Positions 10,901-25,900 of a stretch of 64,000 nucleotides of DNA are shown piece by piece (the stretch's first letter is position 1; the number at the start of each line of letters is the position of its first letter). The DNA is taken from positions 5,453,186-5,517,185 of the forward strand of contig CM082589.2 in the NCBI GenBank assembly GCA_040954595.2. Direction: 5' to 3'. The stretch comes from Balanoglossus misakiensis. Its lineage: Eukaryota; Animalia; Hemichordata. A model generated the notes under the pieces. The model was not told the origin of the DNA. It saw nothing but the letters and a program-made list of their open reading frames with translations, and did no database searches. The position numbers and the translations under genes were made by a program.

Positions 10901-13900
10901 GCCAACAGAACATACTTTTGTTCCTGAAATTGGTTTACCAAAGAAGACCAACCGGTAAATTGGTGACCCTTGATGGTGGCCATAAGTATTCCGTTTCCAA
11001 TTTGACAGACTGTTAAACAAAATGAATAACTCTTTTCAAACTACATTTTATGCAGTTTTTGTAACAAAAGTCTCCAGTTTGGAATATGAGCTAGCGTTAC
11101 GTTTCTTGTTTTTCAGAGCGGCATCGCAGCGCATTCCTAAAATGAAACGCATCGATGCTAAACGGTGTAATTTGAAATGAAGACTGGAGTAATTATATGC
11201 ATCACTTTTGTACGCTTTGAATTTCCAAAGAAATTGCTACGTACGCATGTGAATTTCATCAAATAAAAGTACACTAATTATTGACAAAATGATTTCTTTT
11301 AACCACAAAATTTTAATTTTCAAACTACATTGTACATCATAAAGCGTGTTATGTATGAACAGCTTGTACCGGTATTTAGGGGAACTGTGAGCACCTTCAC
11401 AAAAATGCATTTTTTTCCAATACTGAAAAAAGCCTACAAAAATCAAGGCAAACATATTCAACTGAAGGTGTGAAGTCGTGTGTGGCTGGGACCAAGCAGG
11501 CACACACATGCAGCCGTACCCCCCCCCCCCCACCTCCTTCAGAACCTTTGTTGTGACAAATATTTGTGGTGATTTCCAGCCCTTTGTGGTGCCACTTGTT
11601 TTTTGTTGTACTCTGGACAAGTAATGCCATACCCCTGCTGTGGACGGTAATGGAACCCTCGGTCAGCGGGTCACTTTGAATGAAACACTCTTGACGTCCT
11701 TTACAGCGGACTCTGGATTCATTACAGTTATGGATACCTTATCCTATGTGTCCACTTCACGCCTGCAAAATAAGCTCTGGCCTCCCTGTCCAAGTACCGG
11801 CCCGAGAGAGTCTCTTACATTACAAGCTATTGTTCGGGGATCCTCTTGCCAATTTGACGACAGGTTTCGTGTGCCTGCGCGACCGGTTTTTGTAAGCCAA
11901 CAGTGATGGAGGGTAGTAAACGCGACCGTGTACCTGAACAAACTTATCCGTTCAAATCTTCCCCCTTTTCCCGCAACCATCCCAGTTTTCCGATCTATAC
12001 ACACCTGTTTTTATGTACACTTTCTTTGTCGCACACATTTTATTTGATTTGCTTTGCCTGGTTAAGTCAAGAAGGACTGTATTTTGAGGAGACGTGAAAA
12101 GTCTTGAAGGAGATTTTTTTTTTGAAGAGGAGTGTTTGCGTTTGACTCATTTCAAAGCCATTATCGTAATCGTGTGAAGCTTTGGTGGTGTCTTTGAACT
12201 GAGTAGATCCCATGCAACTGTGAGGTGCCCAACGCTAGGAATTTCTATGGATACTGTTTTAATAAGAAATATTGCTGTCTCTGAGTGATTTTAAATTTAT
12301 TAACCCTTACCCTACATAATTGAGTCCAAATCCAAAACTTTTCCATGGAAAAATTAGACTTCTATAGAGGTAATTTGAAATAGGGATTTGGTCACCTTTG
12401 GCCAATTGGCCACAGTTGCCATGGAAAGTTGCATACATGGGTTTATGTTCAGAAGATAAATATTAGTACTACGATTTGATCTTTCTGTAAAGAGCTGAAC
12501 AAGAAACCCTGCTTGATAGTGCTACATAGGACAGAAATGCTGGCAAAACAGTGGCCATGTAAAGTTCACATGTCGGTGGCTGATAAAACAACAGGGGGTC
12601 TTGCGGTTTCCTGTCAGTGTCAAATTCAACAACCAATGAGGTCTTTCCATGCTGCGGTTCCCCGCAGTTATTTTTTTAGGGTCGTATGAGGACAACAGCA
12701 ACTGGGCAATTTGTTTTTCCCAAATTAGTTGGAAGCCCTGGGGATAGAGTGTTCACAGTATTGGATGAAATAGCAATCCAGTCAGATAGTCGGTCTGAGG
12801 TCAAATAGTGGACATTTTTCTCAGTGCTACAATAACTTCAGTTTACAGTTCATATTTGCCTTACACTGGTACATTAGTCCAAGATAAAAAGTCACAGTTT
12901 TTACAAATATTATACTTATCTAAATCTAAAATATATTCACATGAATGATATTTTATTATACAGTGGTTTTATTATGGAAAAAGAGGATTCAAACAGATCC
13001 AAACAGCAGATTTAACCAAAGTATTTTTTCTGGAGGATGGGGCAGATCAGAATATATTTACAATAGATAGGACAAAAACCACTACAGTAGTTGTCAGAGT
13101 TTTATGATATCCGAAAGTCTGAAAAAATGCATCGATGGAGGTATCGGGTCAACTTCAGAGTTTTGAATGTCTTTTTTGTTTGGTGGTTAAATCTCCTCCA
13201 AATCCAAGGGGGATTTGTTCCATTCCTTGCCCGAAGCTAGAGAATGTTGTTTGTCAGAATTAGGCTCTCTTTAGAGACCCCCAGTGTTTGTTGGTTCAGA
13301 CTTCCCATTGTCCGCCATTGAAGACTGACACCTTCAAACCCTCCTCACCCCTGCACTCGAGTGGTTTAACCCCACTGCCTTTCAATGGGAACGCCGGATT
13401 TGGGCGCATGGAAATAGGGGTTACAGGGTTAAGATGTGTTCTCATGGCTGGTATGCAAATCAATACTACCGGTATTTTACTAACACTACTTGTGTAGACT
13501 AGAGTCGACACTCTGTATAGGGACGGATAATTGCTTTACAGCATTCACAAGTACAGAGGCCAAAAATTTATATTCATTCCGTATATCATTTTTCCTGGCA
13601 GCCACAGCCCAGCTGTTAATATATTAAAACCAAATACCCAGACAAAGTTTTATAATTGGTCACATACTACAGCTTGTTTGAATATAATTTTCCTTCACTA
13701 CATTTTGCATGTAGGGTCAGTCTGTATTTTTTTTAAAGAAATGCTGGTTGATGAAAGTTCTATTGTAGTAAACGTCTCTCTGGAGAGTCTACCTTGCTAG
13801 GCCAGACAGTTGTCACGGTCTGGTAGATTGAGGAAAGAAAGGTTTGAACTGGGGGGGGACGGAATATGTCATCAAGGCCAGACATGACAGTCTATAGGCT

Positions 13901-16900
13901 GGGTGTTGGTTTAAAGCCCCATGAGCTGCCATATTTTGCATATTTTGTCTCATAATAAAATACTTCAAATCTTCACCCTACTGTTCATTTTACTTGTGTT
14001 TGTGCCAGTTTGTAATCTCCTGGCGATGCATTCCATGATAGTTGTGTATATATATATATATACTCTGTGTACAGAGGCTGATTAAATGGGTGTGGCACCC
14101 GTTTGATATATCACTTGTTAAAATTGCAACATAAGAATTAAGATGCTCAGCTTATTAAATGGACCAATCTAAGTTGGAAAGTAAACTAAAGTCATGAAAA
14201 TAATGCAAAAGTTGGCAGCTCTTAGGGCTTTAATAGTAGAACTTGTCTGGGATTAACATTTTAAAGTTTGAACTCTGAGGAAAGTGTTTAAATTTGGTCT
14301 GAAAATTAGAAAGCCTTTCTAATACTCTAGGTCATGAAATGAAGAACTCAAAATTACCTAGTAGATAAAATACAAAATGATATACTCTGAAAACATTTGC
14401 TGTTAGATGTGTAGATTGTCTTCCCAGATGGATTGGATTATATCAGAAAGTCACCTTAGCCTCATCAAATGACCTGTGTCACCTCACCAGGACAAACAAG
14501 GAGATGCTATATATGCATCTAGCATTGCTCACATTCCTCTTGCATAATTTTGGTATTTTTGGTCAGGCTGTGTTGCTTCAAGATTTGTTTGATCTTCGGA
14601 ATATTGAACAGGTTTTTTTTTATATTATCAAGTTTATCTGGTGATTTATCTTGTTAGCTTGCATGACAGCTAGTAGATCTGGATAATTGCTGATAATTGG
14701 CGATAACCTAGGTCATTGACACAGCAGTGACTGATAACGCCCGGCCCTAGTGGTTGGATATCGCCAGTTATCAGCTTGTATGTCAACACAGGCATTCACA
14801 GAATGTTGGAAAGTGTTGAAGTGTTCGACTTTGATTAATGGCTGAAAACTGTCTAGGAAATGTGACAGCTGCTAGGATGATGTAAGACGTTTTTCTTTCT
14901 CTACTGAGGATGCACAACTCTTCTATGGGTATGGACATCCTTTTCATGAAATATTTTGCATAAATGTTTAATTAGGTTGATAAATATCGAATTAAATTTC
15001 AATAAAAATAAATTAGACTTATAGACTTCAACAGAGCGCCTTTTCAAGTTATTTTTCATGGCATCTGGTGAAAATTTAAGAGATCAGTCTGTGGTGCTTC
15101 ACGCACTGTATATGGGTTTCATGCACACGCACTCCGTAACCCTCACCCCCCCCCCCCCCCCAACCCTACCCCACCATGTCTGGAAATTGAACCTTACAGT
15201 AAATATATACACCACAGCTGAGCTAAGTCTACCAACACACATGCACCCAGAAGGTCTCAGTAGACTGTCCCAGACACAATTGTTGAAAATACTCTGATTT
15301 TATGACATCTCATAAAACAGTAACTATTACAAACCTTTGGGGTGACCTGTTGAACTGAAGTGTTTACGGCCATTTTTAGGAGGTGATTTTAAATATTCAA
15401 TGTGTTGGCTACTGTGCGAATGGTATGCTTTTGTACACAAACTTCAAGTTTGAAGGTTGATGGAAGGGTGATTAAGTATTTCGAAAAATGTTTAGCTCAT
15501 TTCCAACGGTTTTGTTGGGGCTTGGTTACAATCAAGAAGTTTGATATTGATGTTTTTCTGAATTACTGAAACAACATCAAGTGTCTTTCCAAGGATAGTG
15601 CAATTATCGTTCTTTTCTGCAGCGACATAAACACTACGAGAAGGAAACTGAAACGTTTGTAAAGGTCTTCTTGAGTTTAATTTCCAACAAACCGGCACCC
15701 AGCTGTGGTGTTTTGTTTGCACTTGACAGTTGATTTACTTTTGTTTGGTGTGAAATCTTTTTTTGGGGGAATACTGCTGTGCTTTTGGAAATTCATCTGA
15801 GAGAATGTGTGCACTCATTAAAGGTAAACAAAACTTTTTGGGAGGGGGCCACACCAGTGTCTAGACATCTGATGGTGTAGTATTGACTCCCTGGTACGAT
15901 TTCTGAGCGTTCATGAAGTTTTTCAAAGTGCAGTTTGAATTAACTTGTAGTTGGCCATTGACACTTTTGCATTATAATCAACTGTTTACAATATAGCTGT
16001 TCTCTGTGATTCAATCCTGGACTGTTGTTATGGATCTATCGAGTTGAACTAGTGCAATTGATCAGATGTACACAAGACAGAAAAAAAGACAAATTTATTT
16101 AACTGAAAAACAGCTTTTTTACTGAGTAGTGAAGTGGTATTCCACTAACCTAGCATGATTGCTATAAACAAGATTTTTTTTTAAAAGAATGATAAACAAA
16201 GAGGAGATGACAAAAGTAATGAAAGTGTTACACTTTTGAGAGGTATGGGTACTTGATTGCTACAAGGATTTGCCGTAACAATATTGTCACAGTGGCTTCT
16301 TCAGGCTCATATGAAGAGGATTGTCAATATTGGCGATGCCGGACTCCTTGGGGGCAATTGGTATCAAGGGACAGTGGGGATTAGCAGTGGAGGCGGTAAG
16401 CTCAAAGCAAACAAACTCATGTCTTGTCCTGTCAGTTGTGTTCTGTTTACGGTTAGTCCAGCGTATCTGCTGGTAAATCAGTCAAAACACCTGGTGGTAA
16501 ACCTAAGCATGGGGAGGCATCGTCCAACTACCCAGACTCGCACAGATTAAAAGCAGGGGAAGTTTATTTACATACGAAGTGAATCCCAGGTTGAACATGA
16601 ACCGTGAAGGCCAATTTCACTGCCATGGTTTACTCAATTTAACACAATGAATTGACAGAACAATGGAGAACACTCAACCGCTTGTTTTCCATTTTCAGCC
16701 TTTGTGAACGCTCTTTGGCTCTTTTCACAAATTGTGTTCGGTGTTTACCTCTGTTCTGTTCTGTCTTAATTGTTTCTTTCTTTCTTCTGGCTTTAATACA
16801 CAGTTGTCAGACTCGATCTCCTAGTAAATTAGTTTTTGTTCTGTATAAGATGTTTACTAAAATATCTCGAAGGAGACTTGGAAGTTGGATATTGTTCACT

Positions 16901-19900
16901 GTGCACATTATCAGATCCCTTGGATAACTTTCCTGGTGTGCAATTCACAGGGACTGCATTTTGTTTTACAGTTGCCTAGTATAAACATAAGAAAAAACAC
17001 ATTGTAGGGAATGCTTTTCAGGTACGTGCGGATCAAGTTGTAGATCTGAGACCAAGCAAACACTGAACAGGTGTTTCTCAATAAAAAAGTAACAAAAAAG
17101 TCAAACAAACAGCCCTTTGAGGCAATTGCACAATATCCGGACTCTGAAATGACTTGCACCTGTGTCCGTGGTGTCACGGTCAGTTTGACATCGGCTCCAA
17201 TGTGTACCACTGGTGCTGAGGAGGTTCAGTCGAGTGACTGCCTGTGTGCGATAACTTTGCCGTCCAAGGGTAGCCGAGTGTCCTACTGCTTGGCATTTGC
17301 CAATCGAAACCATCAACCGTGAACGCCAGGTGTACCGGTCAATCGCATGCGCCTATTGTTCGCCCCACAATGCCCGTGAGTGTGGCAACAGTTGTAATCC
17401 CTTAAATGACTTCTTGTCTTGGCTTGTACTTGTTTTTCTTTCTAACAATTTCCTCGTGTTGATGGTGATGATGCATTCTCTGTCAAGTCCACGCTTCGAC
17501 CAACTCCTTGCCATTGAAGTTCAAATTACTTGAATTGGCCATATATTAGCTTGCCAATGATTGGTCAGTTTTTTGTCAAGCTAGTTGGCAGCCTATCCGG
17601 GTTCACACACAGTGCACAAGTTTCTTATAAGCCTTGCAATCTGACCTGACCAATTGAGGGATTATAGGGTTATGTTGAAATGATTTATGGACTTAAAAAT
17701 AGAATTGAGAAAATAACTGATGAGTTCCTTGAAGGAGATCAATGTACAATATTTTCGTACACATTTCAAGTATACTAATTTTTCGCTGAAAAACATTACA
17801 TTTTCATTAAATCGTTTCACAAAGTATCATTGGGAGTTATTGGCGATATCAAATTCTGATTGTCATATTGAAAGAAAAATAGTTGCGTGTGTTGATTTGA
17901 GTTGACTTTCGTACCATTGACTTTGGGATAGGGTGATCGGCAACCCAATACAGTCTGTGTTTACCCCTCATTATTTGTGAATGCATTCAGTGAACCGTGG
18001 CCGTGTTTCTGCCACAGCTACTGTGTTGAAAGTGGTCTTCATCTTGGAAACGTATCCGATTGCGACGCCCAGTAACCTGTGAAGTCGCAGCCACAAACAG
18101 TGGCCGTGCAGTCATGAGCGGCAAACAGTTGGACCATAGTGATACTCACAATGCATGTGTTTTTGGTTAAACTGTAATATTAGACAAAGTACTCTCAGAT
18201 TTGTTCATGCTTCGCTGGTCTGTGCAGTGCGGTGTGTACCATGCTGGGCTTGGTTGTGTGGTATGCATGCTTTAAAGGGACCTGCTCCTGTGGTATGGTT
18301 ATATATAGCAAGGATTCTTCATTTCTTGGCTGTGGTGTGGGACAGCTAATATACACTATAGGGACACTTATTCACGTTCGAAAATTGCCAAATTCAATCA
18401 AACTCCCTCCCTTACTTTCCGTATTTCATAGAAAGAAAACAGGTTTCAAATTCTTTGAACAGTGGAAAAATATCCTTCTTGATATATTGGCCATTTAGGT
18501 ACAAGGCAGATTTAAGCTTTTGTGCTTTTCTCTTGAGGCTTAGTAGAGATGGATTGTACAGTCAGCATTCTTACTGGATGACACTAATAACCAGTGTGCT
18601 CTCTAAGCCAATCATGATGCACCATGCCACAAACAAACTCTTGATTGATGGAGAGCTCGATCACCAAGCTCATTTTTGTACAGTCGGAATGTGTGCGGAT
18701 TACCTGACCCGGCTAAGGTGTCAATTTCCCCAGGAATAGGTCATTGAGACTCTTCAAATTGTACAATATAGCACAGCAAATAACAACACAGCGTCTGCAA
18801 ATTGGATATGTGATAATTCTTCATATTCCTTTAGGTATCAGACCAACCATGCTATGTCCAGAACATTTATTCCACCATTAAAGTCCAGTCTAAATCGATT
18901 GTTTTCTATGGTTAACTAGACTGGTAGTGATAGCCTTAAACTTGAAGTGAGACATTTTTTTTTTTCTGACTACAGTACCAGCTAGGACAGTGTTATGAGC
19001 ATACAAGTAGCCAGAAAAAATGAATTAACTACTATTGCCACAGAGATTTCCAGAGTTGAAACGATATAAGTCTGTATTTCTCTAAATTCCATCCGGTCTA
19101 GGCAGTTCATTTTCCTAATCTTTCAACTCGTTGGAAAATCTCTCTCCCCTGAAGCTTCCTGTGTGGTTGGTATGTTGTTGCTTTTCCGAGTGTTTCAAGT
19201 CTCACTTTGTTAGGACCTTAATAGCTTTTCAGACTGTTTTCAAAACCACCAGTGCACAGCCCTCGATCGCCTTCCCTTGGTGATGAGTGAGGCCATGCAC
19301 TAAGGTGTTCGGCATACTTGCCATGATTATTCCATACAAGTTTTACACACGGAAAGGAATTTTAATCCACTTGGGATGAAACGCAAACTTCGCCGTTCTG
19401 AGCGTCTGGACGATCTATCCTGCATTCTTCGAAAATTCTGCTGTAGAGTTTAGAGTCCATATTTGGGATTGTATAGCCAAACCCCAATGTTCCCCCATTT
19501 TTAAACCGTTTTCTACAACTGACATGATGTTAATTGTTGTGTAAAATTTGACCGCATGAAAAATGTTAAAGATTGCAACTTTCAAAAAGATTGTATGAGG
19601 ATTTTTGAAAAATAAACTGAAGTACTGAACATGTACAACAATGTGATGGTGATTGGAAGGGAATTTGCCATTAATTTTGTAAACTTGTCACGAGTGATTT
19701 TCTGTAGCCGACTAGGTCGCCGGATGCTTAAACTTTTCGACAACGGCTGTGACCTGTACACAACACAGCACACAGAGAAGTTGAATGGAGTTTATACATA
19801 TGGGTGTGTGTGGGCGTTTTGACATCTCTGTCTCTCGCCTTGTATGTGTGCACAAAAGGGTTTGGCCGTAAGCCATGGGCTTTGCCAGGCAAGTCATAAA

Positions 19901-22900
19901 TACAGCTCGGTAAAGAATTGTTCTGTCTGAGGTTTTTTTTGTTGGTTGCATACTTGAAAGACCAGGGAGATACCAAACACAGAAAGCAATTTTGTAGTCA
20001 AAGGATGCGTTTCTGGTCACTGGGCAGGTCACAGAAAATTTTCGGCTGTAAAACGCTTTATTTTTTGCCATTATGTGCACTTCTCTGGTGACATAAAAAC
20101 TACAACCTGGTCAGTGTTCTCTAGAAGGATTGCGGTCTGTCTCAGTCTACAGCTGGTGCGAGGATTCTACCTGAACTCAAACATAAGAAAAAAGAGCAGA
20201 TATGTGTCATGAATACAAATTTATTGAAAAACAAATTGCTCTTGGAGTAACTTTAACCCCTATCACCCCCATTTACCCATATACATGGTTTCTTCCATGG
20301 CACTGAAAACTATACAGGATCGCACCAAGTTTTAATGGCATACCGGTAGGGGTTAGGTTCATGAATCCCATTGGCCTCCTGGTCTTTATAATTCTACAAA
20401 GTGATTTGTGTTGTCTAGATATATAATTTTAAAATCAAACATTAGTTGTGAAGTCATGATCTTTGAAAATGTTTGGCAAATTTACAGACAACCAGGGAGA
20501 CGATTTTGTTGGACAGTTGCAAGATAAATTGGCCATTTGATGAAAATTTGTTTATGAGCTGCATACATGCTGGTGCTATGTTTGGCTGGGGGTACATGTA
20601 ATGTGTTTGGCTGGGGGTACAATATTGTTATGTTATATATAAAGTAGTCGTGACGTACATGAACTGGTGTGTGTATATATCTGTATTCATGTTCTGAGGT
20701 GAACATTTCATGTACAGTGCAAGCTAGGTATGCGATGACCTGATAGGGACATCCTGTCACTATAGACACACACACATGAAGAAGATCTCTGGTCAAGTGT
20801 AAAGTGGGCTGGTTCGGAAATGAACCCAAACATGTAACACAAATGACCCAAAACTGATTGAAATCTTTCAGGCAACCTAGCATGATGACCTCACTGGGTT
20901 CATGTTTTGGCTGGACTGTGGTAGTCAGTACTAGCAATCGCCCAACAGACATCAAACCTATTCTTGTTTATTTAATGCCTACTTTGTGTGGGGGTGGTGT
21001 TTTCGCAGGGTTAAAAACAACAAACTGCGCCCAAAGACAGTCAGACTTTTGTTTCAACATCTGTGTGTTTAAATCGCCACAACCAAACAAATATCCTGAA
21101 AATTTATCTGGAAATTAAACCAATGATTGAGATTGCTGTTGTTAGCCAGGGCTGTACAAATGCCCTGTAGATCAAAGTTCGTTTCAAACCTTTCACTTCT
21201 CTGTATATTTATATATTTTCAGCATATACATTAAGGACTGTTTATATGCACTGCTTTATGATAAAGTGTAATGTTTTCACAATTCCTGTATTTGTTTTCA
21301 ATTCCATCAAGTCTATATACACACTGTACTATTATATGTACGGTATATCTCATTCCACTAAACGAATGACTGAAGATTCACTCAGTATGTCATGGTCACT
21401 CTGTGTTCTGATCTCACCTAGACTACCACATTGAGTTCTCATCTCATGTCAGAACGAAAACAATGAACCATACAGACCGCTTGAAGATTCTAAAGAGATG
21501 ATAGAAACGTCAGATTGCCAGCATGCTGAGGTTTTGTGGTCATACAGTACAGCTAGTACAGTACAGTACACACAAGTTCAGCTGTGTTTTTTTCAGTTTC
21601 CTAAATAGCCCGACAAAAATAGCCCCGTCGTCCCGCACATGTGAGAGTCATCTATAGACGTACTGTGTGAGAATCCATTATACCCAGTGAATTGCCTTTC
21701 TGCGAGTCTTGGTTCACTACTTACGGTACAAAACACTGTTTACAATGGCCATGCTGCATATCGCTCCATATAATGGCGGTGTTTAAGCTAATCTACCTCG
21801 GTTCCCACACTCTGTCTTCTCAGAGCTTTATGTCCTTCAGCTTGTCAAGTGTTTACATTCATTCTCATGAATGGCATATGCGGTGAATTATGGATAGTTG
21901 TCCGAGTTCATTACCAACACGCATGCCTTTTAAGTACTAAATCTTGTCAAAGAGCAGTGCTGTTGTGTCCACTTCATGCATGTACAGAACAAGTCGCCAT
22001 TCATTTAAGTGTTCAGTACTTATAGCGTGAACTTTTTTCTGAAGCACGTACAGCTCTAATCCAAGTAGTTAGAATATAGATGAATAAATTTTGAGTCTGA
22101 AATTATTTTTTCAGATAATATGTTTCATAAACGTTTTTGAACATTCAGAAGGGCACGTCATATGTTTGCAATGGCGGATCACAAGCTTTGAAGTTTGACA
22201 AATTGTTTATGGTGTAAATGGTTTTATCTGGTCTTTACCAAGAATAAATAGTACTCTGTATGCTGCTGTGGTGAACATTCCTTGGTGTGTTGTGTGTCCT
22301 CCCATCTCCGCATTCAGTAAATGATACAGACCATTATCTCCTATGCTGTTTTCTTTCACAGCAGGGTCGGGTGAATCAATCTGCCATCTGGCCATGAGAG
22401 TCTACCCAGGGTACTTAGGTTAAAGGGACATGTGTGTTGCTGTCTTTGGACATGGGGATTTTTGTGTTGTGCAAGAATGGAGCCTTATTGACATTGTTCT
22501 GCATCAGTGTTTTTTAAGGGTGGTACACCCTGATAATGTTACTTCATTCCCCAGTCATTTCCTCGTATATCAGAGGTTATCAGTGCATATTTTTATCATA
22601 ACGGATAGTGATGATTCAGCATATTTGAGTAACTTGACAACATAAACTACTTATCACATTCTGAACAAAAATAATTGAAACAAGCAGCAGTTGGTAGGGG
22701 TAATGTCCCTTTAATAGGTTAACTGGAAAGTAAAAAATGTCAAAATTGTCTGTCTGTTTGAATTATCAAGTACATATCAAGTACATGTCTTGCCACAGTG
22801 CCTCGGGTGTATACATGTCCAGAGATTGCAATGCAGACTTCTAACAAATATTTGACTTATCAAGTGTCAGCGATAAATTTGATATTTATTGCCAGTTAAG

Positions 22901-25900
22901 GAGTAACTGTTTATGCTAATTGACAGCCAGACTCATCAATCATCATGGATTCATGGCTCAAGTGGTTTAGTTGAGTGGACCTGTATGTCAAACAGGAGTA
23001 AACCATGGCTCAGTACGAACTTGAATGCTGTGTTAGGATTAAAATGTTTTAATTCTCTGCAAAAGTTATTTTGTGAATTTCAAGTAGTACTATTAGAGCT
23101 CCATTATCTGTGAATTTGTCAATTTTTTCAGTGTTTCTGTTCTGTGTACCTACATGTACTGCCAAAACAGTAGCCTAATGTCGTTCTAGCCTAGGCTTGT
23201 ATGTATGTATGTGTGTGTGTGGTTTTGGTGGGAACCAGTACAGCCTTTCATTGGTCAAGTGGTTACATGTATTACATTGTCCAGACAAGGCCATGTTAAG
23301 CCCACTTGGCTTTAAAATCCTGTTCCATCAAAAAGCTAGGTCAAAATAATATTTTGTAGCACACATACGGTATTGTAAATGGATCAATTCTGTCGATTGG
23401 TTCCATATGCTAAAAAAGATACATTTTCATTCCCATCAGACTTTTCCCTGGAAACCTGTTTAGCACAAGGTCTAATCACCAATGTCAATCTATATAAGCT
23501 GTCCTCATTGATGCCATTAGCTCTTGGGGCAATATGTCCAAAAAATCAGTAACATCTTGTCAGTGTAATATGTACCATGCTGAATGGAGTGAATTTTTTG
23601 AGGATCCTAAATGGCCATTTTTGTGCACTTGTATAGGTGTGAATGAACTCGTACGACAGCCAAAATTGAGAGCAAATCTCCAATTTTCATTTCCGCTTGG
23701 CATTCCGATCTGCACATTTATGAGTGTACATTTTATTTGTTCAGGTGGCTGCTTAAATTCCACCACGGCTGGTGATCTGCTCGCCAAATGGCCACTTTTG
23801 TGATCCCTAATTGACCTCACACATCCTGGTATTTTCATCTCCATGTGGCTGTCGATTCAGCAGTCTGCTTTTCTTGCTGCGATTGCCAACCAAAATGCAG
23901 TTTGTTCTGCCCTGCAGTGACCGAGAGTAACAATTCACTATTATTCACAAGTTGAATAGCGTTGTTGACTCGCGGAGAAAAGCACGGAACAGGTAGGCCT
24001 GCACCAATGAGAGTGCCAGGATGTAAGGTCACGCAGAGGTCGCGCAAATGGCCAATTTCGGTAACCGTAATGATTTGATGAGGCTATCAGACTGTCTGGA
24101 TCGCGCATCGATCAGAGAAAGGTGCAGACAGAACAGGAAATCATGGCGTTCCTGAACGTCCCGTGGAAGGACACTGACAAAAGAAACGTCCCCGGCATGA
24201 TTTGACAGTTGCCACATTGTCCGGTCTGGTGTCCTTCAATGACAAATAGCCTCATAGAGTCTCTTGTACCACGCCAACAAGCGGAAAAAAGGACATCTTT
24301 GTGTTCCTGTGGTTTTTGTTGTCACGCATAAGTTAGGACAGGAGTTTGGAAGGAAATTGTTTTCCAAACTACCTTATCTCACAAGTGATATCTTTGTCCC
24401 AGACAATATGTGTGAAAACAAAGCAGATGTGTGAAAACAAAGTAATTGAGAGTTTTGAGGCAGAGGACACTATCATAATTTATAAAGCCTGTTTTGGCCT
24501 GAAATTAAAAATTAATAAGTTTCTATATTTGTATGAAGGTGGTATCAGTCAAGAATATAGATCTTTACAACTGATGTCAAATCAGCACAAAGGATTATTT
24601 TTGTTAATATACAAATACCAGAAATTAATGTTAGAAATCGTATCTCTTTTTTTCCTTTTTTCAGCAATTCCATGTTGCCTATGTGATCATCAAGTTTGCC
24701 AACTCGCCACGACCAGCAGTGTGGGTACTGGAAAGGTCTACTGACTACGGCAAGACATTTACGCCATGGCAATATTTCGCAAACACAGACACTGCTTGCC
24801 ATACAATCTTTGGCATGGATTCCCTGGCCAGTCTGACAGAAGATGACCAAGTCGTATGCTCCACGGAATATTCTAAAATTGTACCACTGGAAAATGGTGA
24901 GGTGAGGTTCTGTCATATTAAAATTTCAAAATCAGAAAGAGAATTATTTAGTCTACAGAGTGTGATTTGCTTTGTATTTCAATGACACGTCTGTAAATTG
25001 TTTATCCCAACTTTTGTTTACAGATTGTCGTGTCGTTGGTCAACAATCGTCCAAACGCAAACAACTTCTCCCATGCGGAAGTTCTTCAGGAATGGACCAA
25101 AGCTACCAACGTCAGACTGCACTTCATCCGAACAAACACCCTCCTCAGTCATCTCTTGGCCTTGGCTAGACAGGACCCTACCGTCACCAGAAGAGTAAGT
25201 CAAACTGGTTATTTATCTCGAACAGATTAAAGATATTTTCAGTGTACATTTCAATAAGGCCAATTGTCAGTTGAGCCCAATAACAGTGCAGATTCTTGCA
25301 TGAGTTCAAATGCTATCGCCAACCTTTTCTCAAAGAACTTGTCAAGCTAACTTTTCATTCATTGTCACTCTTGAAAGCTAACTTGCAGAGGCAGTCATAT
25401 TGTGATGCTACTGAAAGGTGCCTATACATTTTATGGCCTCATACAAATTAATGTTGGTTACCCACGTAATGAACTCTTGTAAGTTCAATTATTCATATTT
25501 GAAATGTGGCTGGCAGATATTGTAAAATAACTGTTTTGCTCAGGTAACATATGCACATTGTGAAAATGATGTGATGTGATTTGATGTTTGTGATGTTCAT
25601 CAACAGATTTCACTCTAACCTTCACTTGTTTCTGTTAGTACTACTACAGTATTAAAGACATATCGATTGGTGGACGCTGTGTCTGCAATGGACATGCAGA
25701 CGTCTGTGAAACACCAGTGCCTGGCAACCCCACCAGATTGAAGTGTTCTTGTCATCACAACACGTGCGGCGAACAGTGTGAATACTGCTGTCCGGGTTTT
25801 GTGCAGAAGAAATGGAGACCGGCCACAATCAATGATGCTAACGAGTGTGAACGTAAGTCCATTCGACTAGAGAGTTTTTCACCCAGGCCATGTTTAGTCC

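Noticed and set aside
14689-14775. 17-bp inverted repeat (gctgataattggcgata / tatcgccagttatcagc)
   Set aside because: It is short and single-copy here, most likely a decayed small transposon, with no further support for function.
8609-24217. Numerous 60-157 aa ORFs on both strands inside laminin intron 1
   Set aside because: They show no recognisable domains, no consistent exon chain and composition typical of random non-coding frames.
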